Source: Cyanophora paradoxa CCMP329 (Eukaryota; Plantae; Glaucophyta). Taken from it: a DNA stretch of 40,146 nt. Positions 1-10,519 of this stretch are shown here, piece by piece. The stretch's first letter is position 1. Each line of letters begins with the position of its first letter. The translations under genes and the position numbers were made by a program. The notes under the pieces were generated by a model. The model was not told the DNA's origin. It searched no databases and was given only the letters and a program-made list of their open reading frames with translations. Location of the stretch: contig QPMI01000462.1 in assembly GCA_004431415.1 (NCBI GenBank), positions 1-40,146 of the forward strand, written 5' to 3'.

Positions 1-242
1 CCGGAGGAGGAGACACGGCTGGCACAGCTCGTGGCGGTGACCTTTGAGGACCGCCTTGTGCTCGCCCGCTGCGCCCGCTCCCCGCTGGCCCCGTCCCCAT
101 GGCCCTCCAGATCGTCCACGCCGCGCCCCTTCCCCGGGGCTACACCGCTTCGAAGCCTCCGCTCTCTCTGCCGATGCAGGTGCCCTTTTCGTCCTCGCCA
201 CCCGGTCGAGGAAAGGGCAGTCCCTACTCGTCTTCGACCTCT
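1..242 (+). repeat. Direct duplicate of host coding segment 11046-11289, truncated by the foldback element
   Basis: Near-identical to 11046-11289 (two 1-bp homopolymer indels). Identity stops at ...TTCGACCTCT, where the element terminus begins. Confidence 0.92.
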
Positions 243-243
243 A

Positions 244-492
244 GATCGTCACTTTTGGCTCCAGGTACGTTCGGTACAAAATAGGTACAAAATGGTACGT
301 TGCCGTACCAGGTTCGTACCGCCCACTGTACCGTGCACCGACGGTACACCCGCTGCACCGTCGGTGCATTTGGTACGCGGCGGACTCGTTCGGTACACGT
401 CAGTACGCTGCCGTACCGTCGGTACGCGTCGGTTCACGGCACTGTGTCCAAGCTGCACCAGAACGCACCGCCGGGAGCCAAAAGTGAAGATC
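244..492. repeat. Terminal ~250-bp imperfect hairpin (left) with repeated palindromic ACCG(A/T)CGGT motifs
   Basis: 244-262 pairs with 474-492 (1 mismatch); inner stem 337-347 pairs with 413-423; palindromes at 333-349, 355-369 and 413-425. Confidence 0.85.
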
Positions 493-771
493 GGAGCCGC
501 GCACCGGACCAGCGTACCAGTATACGTATATATATAGGTATATGCGTATACGTACGCCGGCGGAGGGCGTCATTCCCCGCCCACTTCTCAGCCCGGCTAC
601 TAGAGAGCCATGGCTAGCCCAGTTCTCGCCCAGCTAGCAGAACTAGAGATCTAGAGCCAGATCGCCACCAAAGATTTGCCAGGCTGGCTCTGGCGTACGC
701 GTTCTGGCTAGAAATATATCAAAGCGTGGTATCTGATTCTTTGGGGGGTGATCTATCTATCTATCTATCTA

Positions 772-955
772 CGATTCTGACTGTGAATACATCTTACTGG
801 CCGCTGGTGGGCTCGTCTAGGCTGCACACACTGAAACTGAAACTGAAATTCTCTGCCTGCCGATTCTGACTACTGATACATCCAACTGGTCGATGGCGAA
901 CTCAACTAGGCTGTACAAACTGAAACGGAAACTGAAACTGAATTTCGCTGCCTGC
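772..955 (+). repeat. Diverged ~90-bp tandem duplication with (ACTGAA)n, preceded by a (TATC)n microsatellite; mirrored near 9777-9983
   Basis: Units 772-860 and 861-955 both read CGATTCTGAC...TACATC...CTAGGCTG..ACTGAAAC..CTGCCTGC. Confidence 0.8.
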
Positions 956-2944
956 CGCTCCTCTGCATAGCCTAGCGGCGGCTACGCAAAAGTATGCGTG
1001 CGGGCCAGCAAGGAAAGGGACCGGGGGGGACGCGACTAGGGATTCACGTGGGAGGGGAGGGCGGGAAGCGATGCGGCCCGCGCGCGCTCTAGGTCGTGCG
1101 GCACCTCGCCGAGCCCGATGCGCTGTGCGCATCGCGGTTAGCGAGCGCTCGAATCGAGGCGGGATCGAACGGGCCGCTGTGCACCTCGGCCAGGAGAGGG
1201 AGCAGCAGACCGGCTCGAGCTCGCCCCGCGGCCAGGATTCCCGCGACCGCGACCGCGAGGGCGAGGGCGACGCGCTCGCTGCGCTCGGAGAGTCAATCGA
1301 AAGAAAAGAAGCGTGCGCGCCGGCAAACGACCGCACCTGCGCCCGAGCGGCCGCAAGCATGAACTTCGAGAGCGCCAGCAGCCACACGTCCGGCGGAGAG
1401 CGGCATGCGCTGCGCTGCGCACGTCGCCGGCGTTACAACAAGATCAATGGGCAAGCAGCGGAGACAAGAGCGAGCACCTGGCCTGCGGAAGAAGTCGCCA
1501 AGCGAACTGGGCGGTGGTCTTCTGCTCGCGGGACCAGTCACGCCCGCTCCCTGGCCCGCCAGCGGAGTGAGGGATTGAATCAAAGGAGAGGAAACGAAAA
1601 GCACCTTGCTTCGCCTCCGCAGCCACCGCCTACGTGCTGCGCGTGCCTGTCAGCGGCAGAACGCCCATTGGCGACAGCCGCGGGAGGAATGGACAACAAA
1701 GGCAACAAGGAGGTCGACAGCGATGCGTTCGCGAGCGTTCGCGGCCGCAACCGGGAGCCAGCCGCCCTGAAGCAAGGCTCTGCGTTTGAAATCAGGCGGG
1801 CGACAGGCGGCGAGAGGGCAGAGGATGCAAGAAAGTACCTTCGAGCATCGTTCGCGCTTGAAGCTGACGATGTTCGCTGCGGCGGCAGCAAGTCCGTTCG
1901 ACCTGGTTTGAAAAAGCGGCATCAGAGACGCGGGCAGCGCTGCGAGACCCCGGAGGAGCCAACGAACCGACCCGCTGTGAGAGTGAAGCGCGTCCGCGCG
2001 GCAGCCTTCCGTCGAGGCTGCAGCTGCTGGCAGCAAGGCATTTGAAGGCAGCAAGTTTGGGGTACACGACTGATGGGGAAAAAAGGCTTGCGAGGCCCAC
2101 AGCGGCAGGGCCGCCGCGGCAGCCGCGCCGTAGTACAGCTTGTCGAGGCCACCTGAAGCGAATGCCAGCGGCTCTTGCGGCCCTCGCTCGCAGCGCCGCC
2201 CGCTGCAGCAACTTCGCGGGTGCTCGCAGCACGCAGCGCGCGGCAGCTACGAGCGTGCGAGCTTGTAACTACAGGTCCAGCTCCCCCCGTGGCGTCGTCC
2301 TTGCGCCGCGCCGATCTACAGCTAGATCGACCCGGCCCGCAACCCCGCGCCGGGCGACTTCGCCGCGCTGGCCGGCTTCTTTGCGTGGCTTTCAGCTCAC
2401 TTACATCCGCAGTATCTCTACTAGACAGCCCCGCGGTCGATTTGGAGGGTTGAGGTGCACGCCGGCCGTGGATGCGGTTCTGGTCGCCGGCGGAGCTCTC
2501 TCGCATGTTTCGGTGCATAGAGCGTCCCTTTGAGATGCTAACACAGTGCCTCTGACTCTGGACTGGCAGGACGTTGCGTGAGCGCGCGGACCGACGCAAC
2601 CTCCCGATCGGCGGTCGCCTCGGGTGCGCCTGCCAAGCACAGAATTGGGCCAGCGACGCGCGAGCGCGTGGCTGAAGAGGCCCAGACCGCCGGGATGGGT
2701 GAGCCGGCTCGGATCGTCGCAGTTTGGGAGACATTCTTCTACACTGCCTAGGTGAGCTGGCTGGGCCCGTGCGCGTCGCTGACGGGACGCGTACGCGTCG
2801 CTGACGGGGCGCGCCGGTAACGCAGGGGGTGCGGCGGGTGGCGACGCCACTCGCGGGGCGGGGCGGATCTGGAGGCGCGGCAGGCGGCCCCGTGACTTCC
2901 AGGATAGGGCGGAGGCGCTTCCTGCGGTGCTGCGGGTCACAGAG

Positions 2945-3826
2945 CGGAGCGGAGGCGGGCGGAGGCGCGGCGGGAGGCCGCGCGGCTCTCCGGGCGATGC
3001 AGAGGCGCGGCAGGCGGCCGCGCGGCTCGCCGGGCGGGACGGAGGCGCGGCGGGCGGCGGCGGCGGCTCGCCGGGCGATGCAGAGGCGCGGCGGGCCGCC
3101 GCGCGGCTCGCCGGGCGGGACGGAGGCGCGGCGGGCGGCGGCGGCGGCTCGCCGGGCGATGCAGAGGCGCGGCGGGCCGCCGCGCGGCTCGCCGGGCGGG
3201 GCGGAGGCACGGCGGGCGGCGGCGGCGGCTCGCAGGGAGGGGCGGAGGCGCGGCGGGCGGCCGCGCGGCTCGCAGGGCGGGACGAAGACGCGGCGGGCAG
3301 CGCGGCGGCTCGCGGGGCGGGGCGGAGGCGCGGCGGGCGGCCGCGCGGCTCGACGGGCGGGGCGGAGGCGCGCGGGCGGCCGCGCGGCTCGTGGGGCGGG
3401 GCGGAGGCGCGGCGGGCGGCCGCGCGGCTCGCAGGGCGGGACGAAGACGCGGCGGGCAGCGGCGGCGGCTCGCGGGGCGGGGCGGAGGCGCGGCGGGCGG
3501 CCGCGCGGCTCGACGGGCGGGGCGGAGGCGCGGCGGGCGGCGGCGGCGGCTCGCCGGGCGATGCAGAGGCGCGGCGGGCGGCCGCGCGGCTCGCGGGGCG
3601 GGACGGAGGCGCGGCGGGCGGCGGCGGCGGCTCGCGGGGCGGGACGGAGACGCGGCGGGCAGCGGCGGCGGCTCGCGGGGCGGGGCGGAGGCGCGGCGGG
3701 CGGCCGCGCGGCTCGTGGGCGGGGCGGAGCGCGGCGGGCGGCCGCGCGGCTCGACGGGCGGGGCGGAGGCACGGCGGGCGGCGGCGGCGGCTCGCAGGGA
3801 GGGCGGAGGCGCGGCGGGCGGCCGCG
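2945..3826 (+). repeat. GC-rich ~40-bp minisatellite
   Basis: Recurrent GGCGGAGGCGCGGCGGGCGGCCGCGCGGCTCG variants. Confidence 0.9.
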
Positions 3827-6800
3827 CTACGAGCTAGCACCGGGCCTCCGGCGACCTCAGAATCAAATCCAGCACCTTCACGAACCCCCGGGAGCGTCTC
3901 CGCGCCCGGATGTAACTTGTCAGATAAGATGTTTTACTTGGTGATATTTGCCGACTAGGCCCCTTGGTGGCAGGTTGGCAGTCTCAAGTAGCGCCCTCGA
4001 CCTGACTCCTTCGCGTCGTTCGGGGCCGCGACTGCCCCCAAATATGCACCCCGCCCAATTTGAGGGCGGGGAATCCGAATCTGACGCTCCTACAAGCTCG
4101 TTCGTGCTCCTAAGCTCGGCGCGGCGAGCTTGCAATTCTTTGCACATGTTCATGAGTCTCTTCACGCCATAAAAACATACTGAGTAAGTGGCATCTATGA
4201 GCGCCCGGAGACGATATCAGTGCTTGCAACTGTACATGCAGAGTATTTGACTCGAAGCTCAGGTCGCCCGGGCGCAGCTGCGGCGGGGAACAACTCCCAA
4301 ATAAAGTTTTTCCCGAGATCAATTTTGAGAGCCGATTCCCAGTACGCCCGTGCCTCTCTAGCTCACTTGCCGGCGGATGCGAGTCATTCAGTAGCGTCTT
4401 AGACAGGGCCTCGACGTGACTACCGGCTGCCGGGCTTCTACTCGCACGCCCTGCCGCGCGGGAAGATCCTGAAAAGCCCGCCAAGAATTATGGCGACTCG
4501 CCCTCCAAAATAATGCGCAGCGCGCTACGAGCTAGCACCAGGCCTCCGGCGACCTCAGAATCAAATCCAGCACCTTCAAGAACCCCCTTGAGCGTCTCCG
4601 CGCCCGGATGTAACTTGTCAGATAAGATGTTTTACTTGGTGATATTTGCCGACTAGGCCCCTTGGTGGCAGGTTGGCAGTCTCAAGTAGCGCCCTCGACC
4701 TGACTCCTTCGCGTCGTTCGGGGCCGCGACTGCCCCCAAATATGCTCCCCGCCCAATTTGAGGCGGGGAATCCGAATCTGACGCTCCTACAAGCTCGTTC
4801 GTGCTCCTAAGCTCGGCGCGGCGAGCTTGCAATTCTTTGCACATGATCATGAGTCTCTTTACGCGATAAAAGAATATATACTGAGTAAGTAGCACCTATG
4901 AGCGCCCGTAGACGATATCAGTGCTTGCAACTGTACATGCAGAGTATTTGACTCGAAGCTCAGGTCGCCCGGGCGCAGCTGCGGCGGGGAACAACTCCCA
5001 AATAAAGTTTTTCCGAGATCAATTTTGAGAGCCGATTCCCAGTACGCCCGTGCCTCTCTAGCTCACTTGCCGGCGGATGCGAGTCATTCAGTAGCGTCTT
5101 AGACAGGGCCTCGACGTCACTACCGGCTGCCGGGCTTCTACTCGCACGCCCTGCCGCGCGGGAAGATCCTGAAAAGCCCGCCAAGAATTATGGCGACTCG
5201 CCCTCCAAAATAATGCGCAGCGCGCTACGAGCTAGCACCGGGCCTCCGGCGACCTCAGAATCAAATCCAGCACCTTCACGAACCCCCGGGAGCGTCTCCA
5301 CGCCCGGATGTAACTTGTCAGATAAGATGTTTTACTTGGTGATATTTGCCGACTAGGCCCCTTGGTGGCAGGTTGGCAGTCTCAAGTAGCGCCCTCGACC
5401 TGACTCCTTCGCGTCGTTCGGGGCCGCGACTGCCCCCAAATATGCACCCCGCCCAATTTGAGGCGGGGAATCCGAATCTGACGCTCCTACAAGCTCGTTC
5501 GTGCTCCTAAGCTCGGCGCGGCGAGCTTGCAATTCTTTGCACATGATCATGAGTCTCTTACGCGATAAAAAGAATATATACTGAGTAAGTAGCACCTATG
5601 AGCGCCCGTAGACGATATCAGTGCTTGCAACTGTACATGCAGAGTATTTGACTCGAAGCTCAGGTCGCCCGGGCGCAGCTGCGGCGGGGAACAACTCCCA
5701 AATAAAGTTTTTCCCGAGATCAATTTTGAGAGCCGATTCCCAGTACGCCCGTGCCTCTCTAGCTCACTTGCCGGCGGATGCGAGTCATTCAGTAGCGTCT
5801 TAGACAGGGCCTCGACGTCACTACCGGCTGCCGGGCTTCTACTCGCACGCCCTGCCGCGCGGGAAGATCCTGAAAAGCCCGCCAAGAATTATGGCGACTC
5901 GCCCTCCAAAATAATGCGCAGCGCGCTACGAGCTAGCACCGGGCCTCCGGCGACCTCAGAATCAAATCCAGCACCTTCACGAACCCCCGGGAGCGTCTCC
6001 GCGCCCGGATGTAACTTGTCAGATAAGATGTTTTACTTGGTGATATTTGCCGACTAGGCCCCTTGGTGGCAGGTTGGCAGTCTCAAGTAGCGCCCTCGAC
6101 CTGACTCCTTCGCGTCGTTCGGGGCCGCGACTGCCCCCAAATATGCACCCCGCCCAATTTGAGGGCGGGGAATCCGAATCTGACGCTCCTACAAGCTCGT
6201 TCGTGCTCCTAAGCTCGGCGCGGCGAGCTTGCAATTCTTTGCACATGTTCATGAGTCTCTTCACGCCATAAAAACATACTGAGTAAGTGGCATCTATGAG
6301 CGCCCGGAGACGATATCAGTGCTTGCAACTGTACATGCAGAGTATTTGACTCGAAGCTCAGGTCGCCCGGGCGCAGCTGCGGCGGGGAACAACTCCCAAA
6401 TAAAGTTTTTCCCGAGATCAATTTTGAGAGCCGATTCCCAGTACGCCCGTGCCTCTCTAGCTCACTTGCCGGCGGATGCGAGTCATTCAGTAGCGTCTTA
6501 GACAGGGCCTCGACGTCACTACCGGCTGCCGGGCTTCTATCGCACGCCCTGCCGCGCGGGAAGATCCTGAAAAGCCCGCCAAGAATTATGGCGACTCGCC
6601 CTCCAAAATAATGCGCAGCGCGCTACGAGCTAGCACCGGGCCTCCGGCGACCTCAGAATCAAATTCAGCACCTTCACGAACCCCCGGGAGCGTCTCCACG
6701 CCCGGATGTAACTTGTCAGATAAGATGTTTTACTTGGTGATATTTGCCGACTAGGCCCCTTGGTGGCAGGTTGGCAGTCTCAAGTAGCGCCCTCGACCTG

Positions 6801-7008
6801 ACTCCTTCGCGTCGTTCGGGGCCGCGACTGCCCCCAAATATGCACCCCGCCCAATTTGAGGGCGGGGAATCCGAATCTGACGCTCCTACAAGCTCGTTCG
6901 TGCTCCTAAGCTCGGCGCGGCGAGCTTGCAATTCTTTGCACATGATCATGAGTCTCTTCACGCCATAAAAACATACTGAGTAAGTGGCATCTATGAGCGC
7001 CCGGAGAC
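3823..7008. repeat. Tandem array of ~700-bp units (4 full copies plus ~0.55 copy)
   Basis: CGCGCTACGAGCTAGCAC starts at 3823, 4521, 5221, 5922 and 6619; the units are highly similar. Confidence 0.97.
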
Positions 7009-7012
7009 TATA

Positions 7013-7612
7013 CCGCGCCCGCCGCCGGCCGCGCCTCCTGGGGCCGCCCCGCACGGCGAGCCGCGCCCGCCGCCCGCTGTTCCTCCGCCCCGCCCCGCCG
7101 GCCCTGTCGCCGCCCGCCGAGCCTCCGCCCCGCCCGCCGGCCCTGTCGCCGCCCGCCGAGCCTCCCCCCGGCCCGCCGGCCCTGTCGCCGCCCGCCGAGC
7201 CTCCGCCCCGGCCCGCCGGCCCTGTCGCCGCCCGCCGAACCTCTGCCCCGCCCCGAGAGCCGCGTCCACTGCCCGCCGCCTGCTGCGCCTTCGCTCCGCC
7301 CCGCATGCTGCGCCCGCCGCCCGCCGCGCCTCCTGAGACTCTGAGACCGCCCCGCCCGGCGAGCCGCGCCCGCCGCCCGCCGCGCCTCCGGCCCGCCCAG
7401 GGAGACGCGCCGCCGCGCGCCGCGCCTCCGCCCCGCCCCGCGAGCCGCCGCCGCCGCCCGCCGCGCCTCCGGTCCGCCCGGGGAGACGCGCCGCCGCGCG
7501 CCGCACCTCCGCCCCGCCCGCGAGCCGCCGCCGCCGCCCGCCGCGCCTCCGTCCCGCCCATCGAGCCGCGCGGCCGCCCGCCGCGCCTCCGCCCTGCCCC
7601 GCGAGCCGCGCG
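7013..7612 (-). repeat. GC-rich minisatellite, same family as 2945-3826 but inverted, with a ~35-bp sub-array at ~7093-7240
   Basis: CGAGCCGCGCGGCCGCCCGCCGCGCCTCCGCC motifs; CCCGCCGGCCCTGTCGCCGCCCGCCGA occurs four times. Confidence 0.88.
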
Positions 7613-7643
7613 GACGGGGGCGGCGGGGCGGCGGGGGGCGCAC

Positions 7644-7985
7644 GGCGGCGGCGGTGAGGGCGGCGAGGGTGCGGTCGGAGACGCCCATGCGGCTCACGTC
7701 GAGCCGCTCCAGGCTGCGCGCGCCCCGCCCCGTCGGCCCAGGCCCGGCCCGAGCGGGGCGGGGCGGGGCGGGGCGGGGCGGCGGGCCTTGCGGCGTGCAC
7801 GGCGATCGTGAGGCCGGCCTCGTCCGCCACGCCCCTGCGCGGGGCTCGCCGGGCCGGCGCGGCGACTGGGCTCGCGGGCGGGGCGCACGGGTAGTCCAGG
7901 AGGAGGGCGGCGAGCCGTGGCAAGGCGCCCATGGTCGCCGCCACCGCCCCGTCCTCCAGCCACCCGCTGCCCCGCCCGCTCGCTG
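7644..7985 (-). pseudogene. Captured fragment of a leucine-rich-repeat (RNI-like) gene, about two exons with a GC-rich intron
   Basis: Minus-strand peptides LEDGAVAATMGALPRLAALLLDYP and SLERLDVSRMGVSDRTLAALT; GCGCGCAG acceptor near 7714 and GTGCGC donor near 7643. Confidence 0.6.
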
Positions 7986-7993
7986 GAGATGTA

Positions 7994-10505
7994 GTAGAAG
8001 CACTCCCAAACTGCGACGATCCGAGGCGGCTCACCCATCCCGGCGGTCTGGGCCTCTTCAGCCACGCGCTCGCGCGTCGCTGGCCCAATCTGTGCTTGGC
8101 AGGCGCACCCGAGGCGACCGCCGATCGGGAGGTTGCGTCGGTCCGCGCGCTCACGCAACGTCCTGCCAGTCCAGAGTCAGAGGCACTGTGTTAGCATCTC
8201 AAAGGGACGCTCTATGCACCGAAACATGCGAGAGAGCTCCGCCGGCGACCAGAACCGCATCCACGGCCGGCGTGCACCTCAACCCTCCAAATCGACCGCG
8301 GGGCTGTCTAGTAGAGATACTGCGGATGTAAGTGAGCTGAAAGCCACGCAAAGAAGCCGGCCAGCGCGGCGAAGTCGCCCGGCGCGGGGTTGCGGGCCCG
8401 GTCGATCTAGCTGTAGATCGGCGCGGCGCAAGGACGACGCCACGGGGGGAGCTGGACCCGTAGTTACAAGCTCGCGTGCTCGTAGCTGCCGCGCGCTGCG
8501 TGCTGCGAGCACCCGCGAAGTTGACGCAGCGGGCGGCGCTGCGAGCGAGGGCCGCAAGAGCCGCTGGCATTCGCTTCAGATGGCCTCGACAAGCTGTACT
8601 ACGGCGCGGCTGCCGCGGCGGCCCTGCCGCTGTGGGCCTCGCAAGCCTTTTTTCCCCATCAGTCGTGTACCCCAAACTTGCTGCCTTGAAGTGCCTTCAC
8701 GTGCCTTGCTGCCAGCAGCTGCAGCCTCGACGGAAGGCTGCCGCGCGGACGCGCTTCACTCTCACAGCGGGTCGGTTCGTTGGCTCCTCCGGGGTCTCGC
8801 AGCGCTGCCCGCGTCTCTGATGCGCTTTTTCAAACCAGGTCGAACGGACTTGCTGCCGCCGCAGCGAACATCGTCAGCTTCAAGCGCGAACGATGCTCGA
8901 AGGTAATTTCTTGCATCCTCTGCCCCTCTCGCCGCCTGTCGCCCGCTGATTTCAAACGCAGAGCCTTGCTTCAGGGCGCTGGCTCCCGGTTGCGGCCGCG
9001 AACGCTCGCGAACGCATCGCTGTCGACCTCCTTGTTGCCTTTGTTGTCCATTCCTCCCACGGCTGTCGCCAATGGGCGTTCTGCCGCTGACAGGCACGCG
9101 CGGCACGTAGGCGGTGGCTGCGGAGGCGAAGCAAGGTGCTTTTCGTTTCCTCTCCTTTGATTCAATCCCTCACTCCGCTGGCGGGCCAGGGAGCGGGCGT
9201 GACTGGTCCCCGCGAGCAAAAGACCACCGCCCAGTTCGCTTGGCGACTTCTTCCGCAGGCCAGGTGCTCGCTCTTGTCTCCGCTGCTTGCCCATTGATCT
9301 TGTTGTAACGCCGGCGACGTGCGCAGCGCAGCGCATGCAGCTCTCCGCCGGACGTGTGGCTGCTGGCGCTCTCGAAGTTCATGAGCTCGGGCGCAGGTGC
9401 GGTCGTTTGCCGGCGCGCACGCTTCTTTTCTTTCGATTGACTCTCCGAGCGCAGCGAGCGCGTCGCCCTCGCCCTCGCGGTCGCGGTCGCGGGAATCCTG
9501 GCCGCGGGGCGAGCTCGAGCCGGTCTGCTGCTCCCTCTCCTGGCCGAGGTGCTCAGCGGCCCGTTCGATCCCGCCTCGATTCGAGCGCTCGCTAACCGCG
9601 ATGCGCACAGCGCAGCGGGCTCGGCGAGGTGCCGCACGACCTACAGCGCGCGCGGGCCGCATCGCTTCACGCCCTCCCCTCCCACGTGAATCCCTAGTCG
9701 CGTCCCCCGCGGTCCATTTCCTTGCTGGCCCGCACGCATACTTTTGCGTAGCCGCTGCTAGGCTATGCAGAGGAGCGGCAGGCAGCGAAACTCGATTTCA
9801 GTTTCCGTTTCAGTTTGTACAGCCTAGTTGAGTTCGCCATCGACCAGTTGGATGTATCAGTAGTCAGAATCGGCAGGCAGAGAATTTCAGTTTCAGTTTC
9901 AGTGTGTGCAGCCTAGACGAGCCCACCAGCGGCCAGTAAGATGTATTCACAGTCAGAATCGTAGATAGATAGATAGATAGATCACCCCCCAAAGAATCAG
10001 ATACCACGCTTTGATATATTTCTAGCCAGAACGCGTACGCCAGAGCCAGCCTGGCAAATCTTTGGTGGCGATCTGGCTCTAGATCTAGATCTCTAGTTCT
10101 GCTAGCTGGGCGAGAACTGGGCTAGCCATATGCATGGCTCTCTAGTAGCCGGGCTAAGAACTGGGCGGGGAATGACGCCCTCCGCCGGCGTACGTATACG
10201 CATATACCTATATATATACGTATACTGGTACGCTGGTCCGGTGCGCGGCTCCGATCTTCACTTTTGGCTCCCGGGCGGTGCGTTCTGGTGCAGCTTGGAC
10301 ACGGTGCCGTGAACCGACGCGTACCGACGGTACGGCCGCTGCACCGTCGGTGCGTTTGGTACGCGGCGGACTCGTTCGGTACACGTCAGTACGCTGCCGT
10401 ACCGTGGGTGCACGGTACAGTGGGCGGTACGAATCTGGTACGACAACGTACCAATTTTGTACCTATTTTGCACCGAACGTACCTGGAGCCAAAAGTGACG
10501 ATCTA
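7994..10505 (-). repeat. Right arm of long inverted repeat
   Basis: Reverse complement of 242-2742. Confidence 0.95.
10253..10503. repeat. Terminal ~250-bp imperfect hairpin (right)
   Basis: 10253-10271 pairs with 10485-10503; loop 10337-10396 is inverted relative to the rest of the arm. Confidence 0.85.
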
Positions 10506-10519
10506 CCGGCGCCCCGCCC

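Larger units (their letters stand above)
242..2742 (+). repeat. Left arm of long inverted repeat
   Basis: Reverse complement of 7994-10505 with scattered substitutions and small indels; mirrored ORFs in the ORF track. Confidence 0.95.
242..10505. mobile_element. Non-autonomous foldback-like element with ~2.5-kb terminal inverted repeats
   Basis: TAGATCGTCACTTTTGGCTCC at 242 is the reverse complement of GGAGCCAAAAGTGACGATCTA ending at 10505. The arms stay co-linear inward to ~2742/7994. No transposase recognised. Confidence 0.78.

Noticed and set aside
242-243. Tc1/mariner assignment from flanking TA
   Set aside because: The uninterrupted duplicate (11281-11295) has no TA at the break and the two flanks are not contiguous, so TA may be part of the TIR.
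1922-3958. Very long Arg/Ala/Gly/Pro ORFs on both strands (616, 479, 371 and 343 aa), and similar ones at 6716-8154
   Set aside because: They arise from stop-poor GC minisatellites; the translations simply mirror the repeat.
3823-7008. CRISPR array or 5S rRNA / spliced-leader RNA gene array
   Set aside because: There is no repeat-spacer alternation. Resemblance to 5S (GGATGCGA..GGGAAGATCCT) and an Sm-like AATTTTGA is limited to a few bases, without the conserved internal boxes.
242-10505. Pure sequencing fold-back artefact
   Set aside because: The arms differ by specific substitutions, multi-base indels and a loop inversion, and they enclose non-symmetric interiors. Read-level confirmation is still advisable.
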